64,000 bases of DNA from Polyangia bacterium. GTDB taxonomy: Bacteria > Myxococcota_A > Polyangia > Nannocystales > Nannocystaceae. Numbering within the stretch: position 1 is the stretch's first letter; every line of letters begins with the position of its first letter. The stretch covers positions 339,599-403,598 of the forward strand of contig JAUIFF010000001.1 of assembly GCA_030429545.1 (NCBI GenBank). The letters run 5' to 3'. Position numbers and translations under genes: made by a program. The notes under the pieces were generated by a model that searched no databases, had not been told where the DNA came from, and saw only the letters and a list, made by a program, of their open reading frames with translations. Below are positions 1 to 9,711 of this stretch, one piece after another.

Positions 1-276
1 ATGCATATGCATCCTGTCTCGGCGAAGCCCACACACGGCCGATGGACTTTACCGGGCGGCCGATGAAGGGCATGGTCATGGTTGCGGCCAGTGGGCTTGA
101 AACGGCAGCAAGCCTGCGTCGTTGGGTCGAGCGCGCAGTTGCCTACACCACTTCATTACCGCCTAAAAAGCCGAAGACGCGCAAACCCAAACCCCGTAAA
201 CCAGTGCGTGCGCGCTAGCACGGCTTGGCTGTGGCGAGACTTTGCGAGGCATCCCAGATCCGGCACACTGTCGGCG

Positions 277-2121
277 ATGAAGGTTTCGCTCAGGCTTTTT
301 GTGCTGGTGGTGGCTCCGCTAGCCGCGGGGTGCTTCAACGACGACGGCCGCCAGGAAACGGCAACAGCAGCGACGACGTCTTCGACGAACGGGGAGACGA
401 CGTGCCAAGAAACCTGCACCGCCGGACCAACGAGTGATGATACAACGACCTCAGGTGGGGAGACAACCGCAGTCGCAACCACAGCGACGACGCAGGTGAC
501 CACAGACGCGACCACGGGGGCACCCGGGGAGTGCGGAGACGGCGTGTGCCAACCTCCCGACGAGTCGAGCGAGGACTGCCCCGAAGACTGCTATTGCGGG
601 AACGACAGCTGTGAATCCAACGAAGATCCGCAGCTGTGCCCGGAGGATTGTGGGCCTCCCTACGCCAGTAGCGATTGGATTTCGCAGGACTACGTTCTCG
701 CCGACCCGTCCCAAGATCCGTATTGTGTACCCCACGCCGAACGTGCCGAGCAGGACCTCTGGACGCCCGTCCGTTACCTTCGCCGCGACGCCGATCTGCG
801 CCAAGCGTTCACTAGTTACCAGGTCCGAGCGTTTCACAATCAGTCAAAGTGGACCCAGCGGGTCGCCTCGACCTTCGATGCTCCACCCTATTTTGAGATG
901 CAGCGACGGGCCAACAACGAGCCGGGGAGGTCCTGGGGCGGGGATGTCTACGAGGTCGAGCCGCCCTATGTTTCGATTGTTGGGACAAGCGACGGCACCA
1001 ACGTGACAGGGTGGTACAACCAAGAGGATGCCAACCAGTGCCAATACGGCAATGCATGGGTGAGTTACGACCCCGACAATATTCCGCGAAGTCCCGGTGG
1101 TGGCGAAGTTATTTGGTCAGATGAATTGGCAACACCAATCGCGGGAGTTGTTGATCCTGCTGCAAATGTTTGCCCTGCTACAACAGGGACTGCGCTCACC
1201 CGATGGACACTTTATCCACAGTTTGAATATGCAAGCCCGAGCGAATGTACCAACGAGGACAGTAAACGCATTGACACTATTGTTTCTGACCACGCGCCCG
1301 GTGACCTTTCACATCACGAAGTCTTCTACTTTACCGATGTCTACGGGTTTAGTCGGTGGGAACGCTGGAATTGTAGTGAGGAGCGCAGCGAATCACCGCC
1401 CGATCCTGACTACGCGGCTCCCCGCTGTAACTACGAAAAATCACCGAGTGTGATGCATATGGCCTATGCCGACCCGATCGACCCAACAGCGAAATGGCAA
1501 ATACAAAATGCCGCGGGTTTGTACTGTACACTCGTCGATTGCCGCGATACGACATTTGTCGAGCCCAAGCCTGAACCCGGGCACGTGCCTGCGGTTTGGC
1601 ATCCCAGCGCACAGGTCTACTATGCCGGCAATCTCCTGCTCAATGGTGATTTCCCGTGGGGAGATATCGATGAATTACTACCACCATTTTGGACGGCAGA
1701 AGTAGGGATGCAACCGGTTGTGGCGGCCGACTCCGACGATAATCGCTACATGTTGCTCGACGTTGGCGGCGACAACGGCTGGTTTTCTCAGCGAACCCAA
1801 TTAGCTGAGTTTTATCAAACACTGGGGGTAGGGGCCGACGAGGCGGGGCCGCTCACCATTCACTACGGCGCGCTGGTTTCCCTTGTGGGTGCGGGCTCGC
1901 GTCAGCTCCAGGTTGCGCTTTCGCAGTGGGATGCCAACAACGAGCAGATCGAGCTCACAATTAAGGTCTTTGATGTCACCCAAGAGCCGCAACATATCGT
2001 CGCGACTACACCGCTAGAGCCAGGAGCAGACTCGATCCAGATTCGGTTTCGGCTGTCGCCCGAGGACGCACCAGCGATGCGCCTCGACGATGCATTTGTG
2101 TTGGTCGACGATACGCCGTAG
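277..2121 (+). CDS. hypothetical secreted lipoprotein (Thr-rich linker, Cys/Asp-rich segment, large C-terminal domain)
   Basis: ATG at 277 verified in frame with ORF 82..2121. N-terminus MKVSLRLFVLVVAPLAAGC has a positive n-region, hydrophobic core and LAAGC lipobox. Followed by a Thr/Ser-rich low-complexity linker and a CxxC-rich acidic stretch. No family recognised by eye. Confidence 0.55.
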   Translation: MKVSLRLFVLVVAPLAAGCFNDDGRQETATAATTSSTNGETTCQETCTAGPTSDDTTTSGGETTAVATTATTQVTTDATTGAPGECGDGVCQPPDESSEDCPEDCYCGNDSCESNEDPQLCPEDCGPPYASSDWISQDYVLADPSQDPYCVPHAERAEQDLWTPVRYLRRDADLRQAFTSYQVRAFHNQSKWTQRVASTFDAPPYFEMQRRANNEPGRSWGGDVYEVEPPYVSIVGTSDGTNVTGWYNQEDANQCQYGNAWVSYDPDNIPRSPGGGEVIWSDELATPIAGVVDPAANVCPATTGTALTRWTLYPQFEYASPSECTNEDSKRIDTIVSDHAPGDLSHHEVFYFTDVYGFSRWERWNCSEERSESPPDPDYAAPRCNYEKSPSVMHMAYADPIDPTAKWQIQNAAGLYCTLVDCRDTTFVEPKPEPGHVPAVWHPSAQVYYAGNLLLNGDFPWGDIDELLPPFWTAEVGMQPVVAADSDDNRYMLLDVGGDNGWFSQRTQLAEFYQTLGVGADEAGPLTIHYGALVSLVGAGSRQLQVALSQWDANNEQIELTIKVFDVTQEPQHIVATTPLEPGADSIQIRFRLSPEDAPAMRLDDAFVLVDDTP

Positions 2122-2136
2122 CAGCGGGTTGACTAC

Positions 2137-3189
2137 CTACGGCAGGGCGGCGATTTCGTTTTTCGAGAACACAAAGTCAGCATTGGCTTCGGTGTTATCC
2201 CGGTGACACCCGTAGCAGTCGGCCTCCGACGCCATGGGCTCGCCCTCGGGAGTGAAAAATGCGTGTTCCCATTCGCCGTTGCGAGTCTCGGGCGTGTAGT
2301 TACCAAACCCTTGCTGTTTCTCCATGACCGCAATAATCGATAGCTGGTCCTTGATATAGCGGTTGTCCATGTCGAGGATCGGTTCGTCGTTCATGTCGAG
2401 CTGGGCGCTGTAAATCTCCATCACGATGATGGAGCCGCGATCAAACTCGTTGCCGTCGGCACTGGCAACCGCGATATCGTTGGCATAGACGTCTCGGACC
2501 TGCTTGTTGTCCTCGCGATCGACGGTGGTGGCGAGGCTGTAGCTCAGGTAGTCGTCGGGGAAGTTGAGGAGATCGGTCGTACCGCCCATGGGCGCGGGGT
2601 TGGTCTGCCAGGCCTCAAGTTCGTCGAACGTAAAGATATAGTCCTTCGACGGCCCGGCGTTTTCGCCGTGGCAGCCGTAGCAGTCGAGATCCGAGGACAT
2701 GTCCTCGCCGCCAGGTGTAAAAAACGCGTACTCCCACTCCGCGTTTTTGGTCTCGGGCGTATAGTTGCCAAAGCCTTCCTGCTTCTCCATCAGGGCAACG
2801 ACGTTGAGCTCATCGGCGATAAATCGCCCCTGATCGTCGAGCACCGGCTGGCCCGAGCCGTCTAACATTGCCGACCAAATTTCCATCACCACGACAGACC
2901 CAAAATCGAGTGTTCCGGCGGGGCTGTTGAGCGCCACATCGTTGGCGAACATGCGCCGAACCTGCATATTGTCGACCTTGTCGACCGTGGTGTAGAGCGC
3001 GGTGTCCTGATAGCCCTCGGGGTAGTCGACGAGGTCGTGGTTGCCCCCGAGCGGCGCGTCTTCGAGCGCAGCGGTGTCCGTACCCGTTTCCGACCCGGTG
3101 TCGGAGTCGGTCTCTGAGCCAGATTCTCCCCCTCCACAAGCGACAGCAAGTAAGAGAACAGAGCAGGGCAACCAGAGTTTTGTAGTCAT
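2137..3189 (-). CDS. c-type cytochrome lipoprotein with two tandem CxxCH (CYGCH) domains; possibly cytochrome P460/c-prime-beta-like
   Basis: N-terminus MTTKLWLPCSVLLLAVACGG has a lipobox. The protein is an internal duplication of an about 150-aa module. Each module ends ...FGNYTPETxNxEWExAFFTPxGE...DCYGCH..., i.e. the canonical heme-c attachment motif CxxCH near the module C-terminus. The P460-like assignment is by motif position only. Confidence 0.6.
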   Translation of the reverse strand: MTTKLWLPCSVLLLAVACGGGESGSETDSDTGSETGTDTAALEDAPLGGNHDLVDYPEGYQDTALYTTVDKVDNMQVRRMFANDVALNSPAGTLDFGSVVVMEIWSAMLDGSGQPVLDDQGRFIADELNVVALMEKQEGFGNYTPETKNAEWEYAFFTPGGEDMSSDLDCYGCHGENAGPSKDYIFTFDELEAWQTNPAPMGGTTDLLNFPDDYLSYSLATTVDREDNKQVRDVYANDIAVASADGNEFDRGSIIVMEIYSAQLDMNDEPILDMDNRYIKDQLSIIAVMEKQQGFGNYTPETRNGEWEHAFFTPEGEPMASEADCYGCHRDNTEANADFVFSKNEIAALP

Positions 3190-3379
3190 ACAAGCGGTAC
3201 GCCGTAAAGTCCCAGTCGGATCGTTGAGTGGAGCGAAAAAAAAGTTGTGGCTAAAAACAACAGGTGATTCGTAATGGGGCGCTCAGTTTAGCTCAGGTGG
3301 GGTGCTAGGATACTTGTGTCTACAATATTCGCCGTTTGCTGAGCGCACTTGCGCTTGCCGAAGCGGTAGGGTGCGGGTG

Positions 3380-4114
3380 ATGTTGCGACAACCTCTGCGG
3401 GCAGGGCTTCCCGTTGGTGGCTGGTTGATGCTCTGCCTCGCCTGTCAGCCGAGTGGCGTCGCCGATCCGGCGGTCCCCACCGCGAAACAGCAGGACGATA
3501 CCGACAAATCAGTTTTGGTGGCCGGCGGCGTGGCCCCGGCAAAAGCTGGCCCGAAACCCGCGCAACAGGAGCCGACACCCATGCTTCTTGACCCCGTGCC
3601 ACCACCCGACATGCTGACTTTTCGCGCGACCCTCGAAATCGATAAAGAGCCCGGCGGCAAGCGGTTTCAGGGGGTGTGGTTGGTGCGTGAAGATGGCGAG
3701 CGCTGGGTTGTGGACTACCGCGCCCGTGACCACTGGAAACCATTTGAAGGTGCAACTGTCGAGGCTGTGGGCAGGACGTGGTCGCCCCAGGGCCAGGCAA
3801 TCTCGGCCACGCACTTTCGCGTCCACAGCCTGCGGGTCAAACCCGATGCGGGCACAGCCTGGGTGTACCTCGGCCCCGAACAAAAACTTTCGGGCAGGTT
3901 TGAGATTCGCCTGGGGCAGGCGGGCTCCAAACTTTCGGGCGAGTCGTGGCCGGTTTTTATCGCCACGGGCGGCGGCTCGTATCAACTTGCCAACGAAGTC
4001 ACGCTGAAGGACAAACCCGGAAAACGGGTCGAGGTGACGGCGAGACCGGTCGAACGTTCGCCATTTACCGCGCACATGCCCGGCCCGACGTTGTGGATCC
4101 TGTCGATCGATTGA
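3380..4114 (+). CDS. hypothetical secreted protein
   Basis: Internal ATG at 3380 gives MLRQPLRAGLPVGGWLMLCLACQPSG, which is signal-peptide-like. The antisense ORF 3509..4480 is Arg-rich low complexity and was rejected. No recognisable family. Confidence 0.45.
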   Translation: MLRQPLRAGLPVGGWLMLCLACQPSGVADPAVPTAKQQDDTDKSVLVAGGVAPAKAGPKPAQQEPTPMLLDPVPPPDMLTFRATLEIDKEPGGKRFQGVWLVREDGERWVVDYRARDHWKPFEGATVEAVGRTWSPQGQAISATHFRVHSLRVKPDAGTAWVYLGPEQKLSGRFEIRLGQAGSKLSGESWPVFIATGGGSYQLANEVTLKDKPGKRVEVTARPVERSPFTAHMPGPTLWILSID

Positions 4115-4479
4115 CCTGTCGCCTGTCGTGGCAAAACGCTGTTGGGGTCGCTGTGGTCTGCAACGCCCAAGCTCGAAGTTGGTCAGCCAGGTTCGCGCAT
4201 CGTGCACAACCGATGGGCCCAGGTTGGAACAACGGCCGTTGGCTGCAATCGTCGAAGTGTTCGTTTGTTCAATAAATAAAATAACGATCTTAGATATTTG
4301 TCGCTCGCAGTCGCAGCCCGGTGGAGAAAACCGGGCAGGGGACTTGTGTCCCGCGGCAGACGGGAATACATCTGCGCTTCGCGTGGTATCGCCGCGCGCA
4401 TGCGTGGCGCGTGACGTCCGCAACAACTTTCTTGGCACGTTCACGACGAGCACTGGCTCGAGATTTCCGTGTATCACCA

Positions 4480-5235
4480 ATGACTACGAAAACATCGCCC
4501 ACCAAAAGTGCCCAGGTCTCGATCTCGGCCTCGGGGGTCACCAAACTGTACGGCGACTTTGCGGCCCTACAAGATGTGACCTTTGATGTGCGGGAGGGGA
4601 CCGTTGCGGCGTTCCTCGGACCCAACGGGGCCGGCAAATCGACCACCATGAAGATCCTGACGGGCTATCTTTCGCCGACCAAGGGGTCGGTGCGGATGGC
4701 TGGCCTCGATCCTGTCGATGCCGCCCAGCGCCTCGTGCTTGCCCGGCGCCTGGGGTATCTCCCCGAAAATGGCCCACTGTACACCGACATGACGCCGGCT
4801 GAACTCTTGCAGTTTGTCGGCGATGTCCGGCTGCTCGGCAGTGCCCTGCCGCGGGCGATCGATCGCGTGGTTGTTCAGTGCGACATCTCGTCGGTTATGA
4901 GCAAGCCGATAGCCAAGCTCTCCAAGGGTTTTCGCCAGCGCGTCGGGATGGCCCAGGCGCTGTTGCACGACCCCGAAATTCTGATTCTCGACGAGCCAAC
5001 TTCGGGGCTCGACCCGTTGCAGATCCGCGAGGTTCGCAAGCTCATCCGCGAACTTGGCAAAACCAAAACCATCCTGCTGTCGACCCACATCCTGCAGGAG
5101 GTCGAAGCCGTGGCCGACTCGGTCATCGTCATCAAGTCGGGGCGCCTGCGGTTTACGGGCACGCTCGATGAGCTGCGTGGCCAAAGCACACTCGAGCAGC
5201 GGTTTTACGAGCTCATGGACAAGGAGGCGGCGTGA
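4480..5235 (+). CDS. ABC transporter ATP-binding protein (GldA-like, ABC-2 type)
   Basis: Walker A GPNGAGKST, ABC signature LSKGFRQRV, Walker B ILILDEP, H-loop LSTHIL. ATG at 4480 verified. The stop overlaps the next gene start (ATGA). Confidence 0.85.
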   Translation: MTTKTSPTKSAQVSISASGVTKLYGDFAALQDVTFDVREGTVAAFLGPNGAGKSTTMKILTGYLSPTKGSVRMAGLDPVDAAQRLVLARRLGYLPENGPLYTDMTPAELLQFVGDVRLLGSALPRAIDRVVVQCDISSVMSKPIAKLSKGFRQRVGMAQALLHDPEILILDEPTSGLDPLQIREVRKLIRELGKTKTILLSTHILQEVEAVADSVIVIKSGRLRFTGTLDELRGQSTLEQRFYELMDKEAA

Positions 5236-6098
5236 TGCTCAACTTCAACTTCTCCGTCGTCGGAGCCCTGGCCAAAAAAGAACTGCGCCAGTTCCTGAGC
5301 AACCCGACGGGATATGTCTTTTTAACCCTGTTCATTGCGACAGCAGCAGCAGTGGCGTTTTTGAACGACAGCTTCTTCAGTCGCAACCTCGCCGACCTCT
5401 CGACCCTCAACAAGGCCATGCCGGCGATTTTGATGTTCTTCGTCCCGGCCATCACCATGGGCATTTGGGCCGACGAGCGCAAATCTGGGACCGACGAGCT
5501 GCTGTTGACCCTGCCGGTGCGCGACGGCGAGGTCGTGCTCGGCAAGTTTTTGGGCGCATTTGGTATCTACACGGTCGGGCTGCTATTTAGTTTGGCGAAC
5601 GTCGGGGTGCTGATGTACCTCGGTGATCCCGACACGGGCCTGATGCTGTCGACTTACCTCGGCTACTGGCTGATGGGGGCATTGTTCGTCGCTGTAGGAA
5701 TGGTCGGCTCGACCTTTACCAACAACACGACCATCGCCTTCATTTTAGGGGCCCTCGGAAGTGCCGTGTTCGTGTTTACGGGGACCGAGTCGTGGGCGAG
5801 TGCGCTGGCAGGCGCGACGCTCATCGGCGAGTTTACGGCTCTTTGCTACTACATCATTGCCGGAGCCAATGCGTTTGCCGGGGTTGTTGCTGTTGTTGTG
5901 GGCGGGTCGTTTATCGCCCTGTGGCGCAACCAGTTACTCGAGTGGTTCGCGGACGCATTCGCCCCACTCAGTGCAACTGCACATTTTTCGAGTTTTGGTG
6001 AGGGCATCATCCGCCTCGGTGACGTCGCCTTTTTCGTCAGCGGGACCGCGGTGGCCCTGTACCTGTGTGGACTCATGCTCAGCCGGAGGCACTGGTAG
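5232..6098 (+). CDS. ABC-2 family permease (GldF-like)
   Basis: Multi-pass hydrophobic protein. Start overlaps the upstream ATPase stop (translational coupling). N-terminus KKELRQFLSNPTGYVF is typical of ABC-2/GldF permeases. Confidence 0.75.
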   Translation: MMLNFNFSVVGALAKKELRQFLSNPTGYVFLTLFIATAAAVAFLNDSFFSRNLADLSTLNKAMPAILMFFVPAITMGIWADERKSGTDELLLTLPVRDGEVVLGKFLGAFGIYTVGLLFSLANVGVLMYLGDPDTGLMLSTYLGYWLMGALFVAVGMVGSTFTNNTTIAFILGALGSAVFVFTGTESWASALAGATLIGEFTALCYYIIAGANAFAGVVAVVVGGSFIALWRNQLLEWFADAFAPLSATAHFSSFGEGIIRLGDVAFFVSGTAVALYLCGLMLSRRHW

Positions 6099-6100
6099 CC

Positions 6101-8065
6101 ATGACACTGCTCGCACGTCATCACCGTCTCATTCGCTTCGTCTCGCTCACCGTCGCGGCCGTGTCGCTCAGCTACATGGCCCACCGCAGCAACCTGCGGG
6201 TCGACATCACCGAGGAGGGACTCAGCGAACTCACAAGTTCAACCCGCGACCTGATCGGGAGTATCGATGCCGAACGCCCTGTCGTTGTGCATGCATATAT
6301 CTCGGCCGAGGTCCCGCGCGAGTTTGTCTCGGTGCGCTCGCGCCTACTCAATGTTTTGCGCGAGATGGAAGCCTCGGGCAACGACGCCCTCACGGTTCGC
6401 CTGATCGAGCCCACGCTCCACTCCGAGGAGGCCCAGGACGCGATCGACCAATACGGCATCGAGCCGGTCTCGCTGATGAACCGCGAGGACGGTCGCATGG
6501 GCCAGATGGATATCTTTATGGGGCTTGTGTTCCAAAGCGGACCCCACGAAGAGGTCATTCCGTTTTTGGACCGCGGCCTGTCGGTCGAATACGAGTTGGT
6601 CCGCGCCCTGCGGGTTGTCACCCAGGAAAAAAAGAAGGTCGTTGGGGTCGCCCGGACTGACGCGACCATCATGGGGAACTTCGACCTGCAAAACCGCAAG
6701 CAGCAACCTGCCTGGCGGGTCATCGGCGAGCTGCGCAAACAGTACGAAGTTCGCAGTCTCAACCCCGGCGCCGCGGTGCCCGAGGATGTCGATGTGCTGT
6801 TTGTACCCCAGCTCAGCAGCATGACCGAGGAAGAACTCGGGCATGTCAAAAACTACATCGACGCCGGGCGGCCAGCCCTACTCACGGTCGACCCGATGCC
6901 ACTTTTTGATGTGCGCCTGGCCCCGAGTGAGCCCAAGTTGCCCGAGCCCGGTCAGCAGCAAAACCCGATGTTTGGCCAGATGCCGCCCCAGGGTAAACCC
7001 AAGGGGGATTACGTTGGGTTGCTCTCCCACGTCGGGATCAAGTGGGACCCCAACCGGGTTGTGTTTGACAAGTTCAACCCCAATCCGACGTTTCGCCAGG
7101 CGCCGCCGCACCTGGTGTTTGTCAGCGATCGCGACGACGGCACCCAGCCGTTTACCGGCGGCGATCCGGTGGTCGATGGCCTGGCCGAAGTCGTCGCGCT
7201 GTTCCCCGGTGAGCTCGATCCCGCCAGCGGTTACGAGAGCTCGTTTATCCCGCTGCTGAAGACCGGCAAGTCCGGTGGCTTTCACCCGTTTGATGAGATG
7301 GTCCAACGCCATCCGCTGTTTGGCTTGGCCGGTCCCATGCCGGCCCGGACACCTGGGATCAGCGACGGCACTTCGCGTGTGATCGGTGCGCGAGTGGCCG
7401 GCGAGGGGGGCTCGGGCGAGGATGTCAAACCCCGCGACGTGGTCGTGCTGGCCGACCTAGACCTGTTTGGCGATCAGTTCTTCGCCATGCACGAGCGCGG
7501 CGGCGACCTCGATGGCGACGGCATCGACGATGTCCGGTTTGACAACGTGACCTTCCTACTCAACATCATCGACTCGCTCGCCGGCGACGATGGGTTGGTC
7601 GAGTTGCGTAAACGCAGGCCGCGCTACCGCAGGCTTTCGCGGGTCGACGAAATCACCAAGGACGCCCGCGACCGTCGCGAAGAAGAAGTCCGCAAGGCCA
7701 ACGAAGAAGCCAACGAAGAGCTCAACAAGGCCAAGCAGGCGTTGGAGGCCCGCGTCAAGGAGATCAACGAGCGCGAAGACCTCGACGAGACGACCAAGGC
7801 CGTGATGCTCAAAAGTGCCGAGGAGGCCGAAAATCGGCGCCTCAACGCCAACACCGAAACCATCGAACGCGAAAAAGCCCGCAAGATTGCCCGTTCGCAA
7901 ACCGAGCTGTTGCGAGCCGTCGATCGCGAGCAAAACGCGATTCGCCTGGTCGCCGTGTTGGCACCACCAATACCAGCCCTACTGCTCGGCTTTTACATCT
8001 TTGGCCGTAAGCGCCGGCGAGAAAACGACGCCATCCCAGCCGACCGCAAGCGAGGTGCAAAATGA
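6101..8065 (+). CDS. ABC transporter auxiliary component (GldG-like, ABC_transp_aux)
   Basis: ATG at 6101 sits directly after the permease stop. N-terminal TM, large periplasmic region, and C-terminal TM (LVAVLAPPIPALLLGFYIFGRKRRR). Layout and size match GldG-type auxiliary proteins. Coiled-coil Glu/Lys-rich region before the C-terminal TM. Confidence 0.7.
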   Translation: MTLLARHHRLIRFVSLTVAAVSLSYMAHRSNLRVDITEEGLSELTSSTRDLIGSIDAERPVVVHAYISAEVPREFVSVRSRLLNVLREMEASGNDALTVRLIEPTLHSEEAQDAIDQYGIEPVSLMNREDGRMGQMDIFMGLVFQSGPHEEVIPFLDRGLSVEYELVRALRVVTQEKKKVVGVARTDATIMGNFDLQNRKQQPAWRVIGELRKQYEVRSLNPGAAVPEDVDVLFVPQLSSMTEEELGHVKNYIDAGRPALLTVDPMPLFDVRLAPSEPKLPEPGQQQNPMFGQMPPQGKPKGDYVGLLSHVGIKWDPNRVVFDKFNPNPTFRQAPPHLVFVSDRDDGTQPFTGGDPVVDGLAEVVALFPGELDPASGYESSFIPLLKTGKSGGFHPFDEMVQRHPLFGLAGPMPARTPGISDGTSRVIGARVAGEGGSGEDVKPRDVVVLADLDLFGDQFFAMHERGGDLDGDGIDDVRFDNVTFLLNIIDSLAGDDGLVELRKRRPRYRRLSRVDEITKDARDRREEEVRKANEEANEELNKAKQALEARVKEINEREDLDETTKAVMLKSAEEAENRRLNANTETIEREKARKIARSQTELLRAVDREQNAIRLVAVLAPPIPALLLGFYIFGRKRRRENDAIPADRKRGAK

Positions 8066-9468
8066 ACCGGATGACCCTAGTCAGTGTTGTCATCGCCGCT
8101 GCCTGTGCAGCCGGTGCATATTCAATGGTTCCGCAGCCCGTCGAGTTTAAGCCCTACGAAGACGCCGGTGGACTGCTGTTTGAAAATTTCACCGACCCGT
8201 CGCAGGCGGCGTTTATGCAGCTCGTCAAATACGACGACAAGCAGGCCAACTTTGTCGACTTTAAAGTCGAGTTCAAAGACGGTCGTTGGATCATTCCCTC
8301 GCACAACAACTACCCGGCCGACGGCACCGATCGCATGGGCAAGGCCGCGGCTTCGTTTATCGATGTCCGCAAGGATATTGTCCGCAGCGACCGGACCGAA
8401 GACCACGCCGAGTTCGGTGTGCTCGACCCCGAGAGCCCCGATGGCGAATCTGAACAAAAGGGCACCCACGTGGTGTTCAAAGACGAGGCCGGTACCGTAC
8501 TCGTCGACGTCATTGTCGGCAAAGACGTCGAAGGCAAGCAGGGCTTTCGCTACGTGCGCAAACCTGGCGAAAAGCGTGTATATGCAGTCAAGCTGACCCT
8601 CGACATCTCGACCAACTTCGCCGACTGGATCGAAAAAGACCTCCTCAAGATCGAGCGCGACGACATTGTCGAGCTTGTCAGCGATGCGTATTCGGTCGAC
8701 GAGGCCAATGCCAAAATCGTTGGCAGCGACCCGCTGGTGGTCCGGCAGCTCGAAATCCCAGCCGAAGAGGAGGGCGCGAGTCAGCCCGATTGGTTGCCGA
8801 TCGAAGGCGTGGCCTTGCCCGAGGGAAAAATCGTTGACAGTGCAAAGGTTCGCACCGTGATCGGAGCGGTCGACCGCTTGCAGATTGTCGGTGTGCGGCC
8901 CCGGCCGCAGCGGCTCACAACCGGAGTGTTGCAGTCCAAGGGCTTCTTCGTGACGCCCGACGGCCGCCGCTTGATCGGCAACGAAGGCGAGGTCCAGGTC
9001 GTGTGTAAGGACGGCGTGGTCTACACCCTGTACTTTGGCGAGGTTGTGTTCGGCGAGGGTCTCGCGGTCACAGCCGGTGTCGACGATGGTTCGGCTGCCA
9101 AGCCCGAGGGCGAGGAGGCCGAGAAAAAGGCCAACCGCTACATGTTTGTCGATGTGTCCTACGACCCGACGGCCGATCGCACACGCAAGGCCGACGCGGC
9201 CGAGACCGCAGCCGAAGCCGGTGACAAGCCGGCAGCCGCAGCAGCCGAAGCGGGGGCCGAAGCCAAGGACGGTGAAGACAAGCCGGCCGAAGCTGCGGCT
9301 GGCGAGGCCAAGCCCGGCGAGCTCAAACCCGGGGAAGAGCCCGAGGGGGCCAAACGTGCACTCAAGCTGCGCCAGCGGTTTGACAAGTGGTTTTATGTCA
9401 TCTCGGACACGAGCTTCCAGCAGATCCACAAGTCCAAGGCGGACTTCTTAAAAGACGCGCCGGGCTAA
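8062..9468 (+). CDS. DUF4340-like secreted protein (commonly follows GldG homologs)
   Basis: Start overlaps the upstream stop. N-terminal signal/anchor MNRMTLVSVVIAAACAAGAY. Position after the GldG-like gene and the acidic Ala/Glu/Lys-rich tail are typical. Family assignment from memory of operon context, not a search. Confidence 0.55.
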   Translation: MNRMTLVSVVIAAACAAGAYSMVPQPVEFKPYEDAGGLLFENFTDPSQAAFMQLVKYDDKQANFVDFKVEFKDGRWIIPSHNNYPADGTDRMGKAAASFIDVRKDIVRSDRTEDHAEFGVLDPESPDGESEQKGTHVVFKDEAGTVLVDVIVGKDVEGKQGFRYVRKPGEKRVYAVKLTLDISTNFADWIEKDLLKIERDDIVELVSDAYSVDEANAKIVGSDPLVVRQLEIPAEEEGASQPDWLPIEGVALPEGKIVDSAKVRTVIGAVDRLQIVGVRPRPQRLTTGVLQSKGFFVTPDGRRLIGNEGEVQVVCKDGVVYTLYFGEVVFGEGLAVTAGVDDGSAAKPEGEEAEKKANRYMFVDVSYDPTADRTRKADAAETAAEAGDKPAAAAAEAGAEAKDGEDKPAEAAAGEAKPGELKPGEEPEGAKRALKLRQRFDKWFYVISDTSFQQIHKSKADFLKDAPG

Positions 9469-9483
9469 CCGGTACCTTCCGAA

Positions 9484-9525
9484 CAACATCCCGCGGGCCA
9501 CGTGCGCGCGGGATGTTGTTATTGG
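9484..9525 (+). terminator. rho-independent terminator after the ABC/DUF4340 operon
   Basis: Perfect 12-bp inverted repeat caacatcccgcg / cgcgggatgttg (9484-9495 and 9507-9518) with an 11-nt loop, followed by ttattgg. Lies 16 bp after the stop at 9468. Confidence 0.5.
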
Positions 9526-9711
9526 TGCACTTACAAGTAATTTGGCGACCATCTCGGCCAGCATCGAACCGACGTGGTGTCGGCGGAGATCCCATGGCTC
9601 GCACACAACAAGAACCGTGCCAAATTGCTAAAAATTGCATGCTAGTAGTGTTGCCGGGAAGATCCCAAGGTCCGCGCACAGGCTCAGCTGGCCATAATCG
9701 CCCCGGGCAAC

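Noticed and set aside
8122-9429. 435-aa antisense ORF opposite the DUF4340 gene
   Set aside because: Gly/Arg/Ala-rich low-complexity mirror of a convincing sense gene, a typical high-GC artefact. The same applies to 3509..4480, 4567..5184, 6172..6849, 9628..10596, 11152..12639, 16509..17282, 31656..32432, 37415..38281, 38777..39571, 46071..46688, 49118..50356, 58278..59435 and 63076..63819.
9590-9630. sigma-54-like TGGCACG-N4-TTGT element on the minus strand
   Set aside because: One mismatch to the -12 element, and no minus-strand gene downstream to drive.
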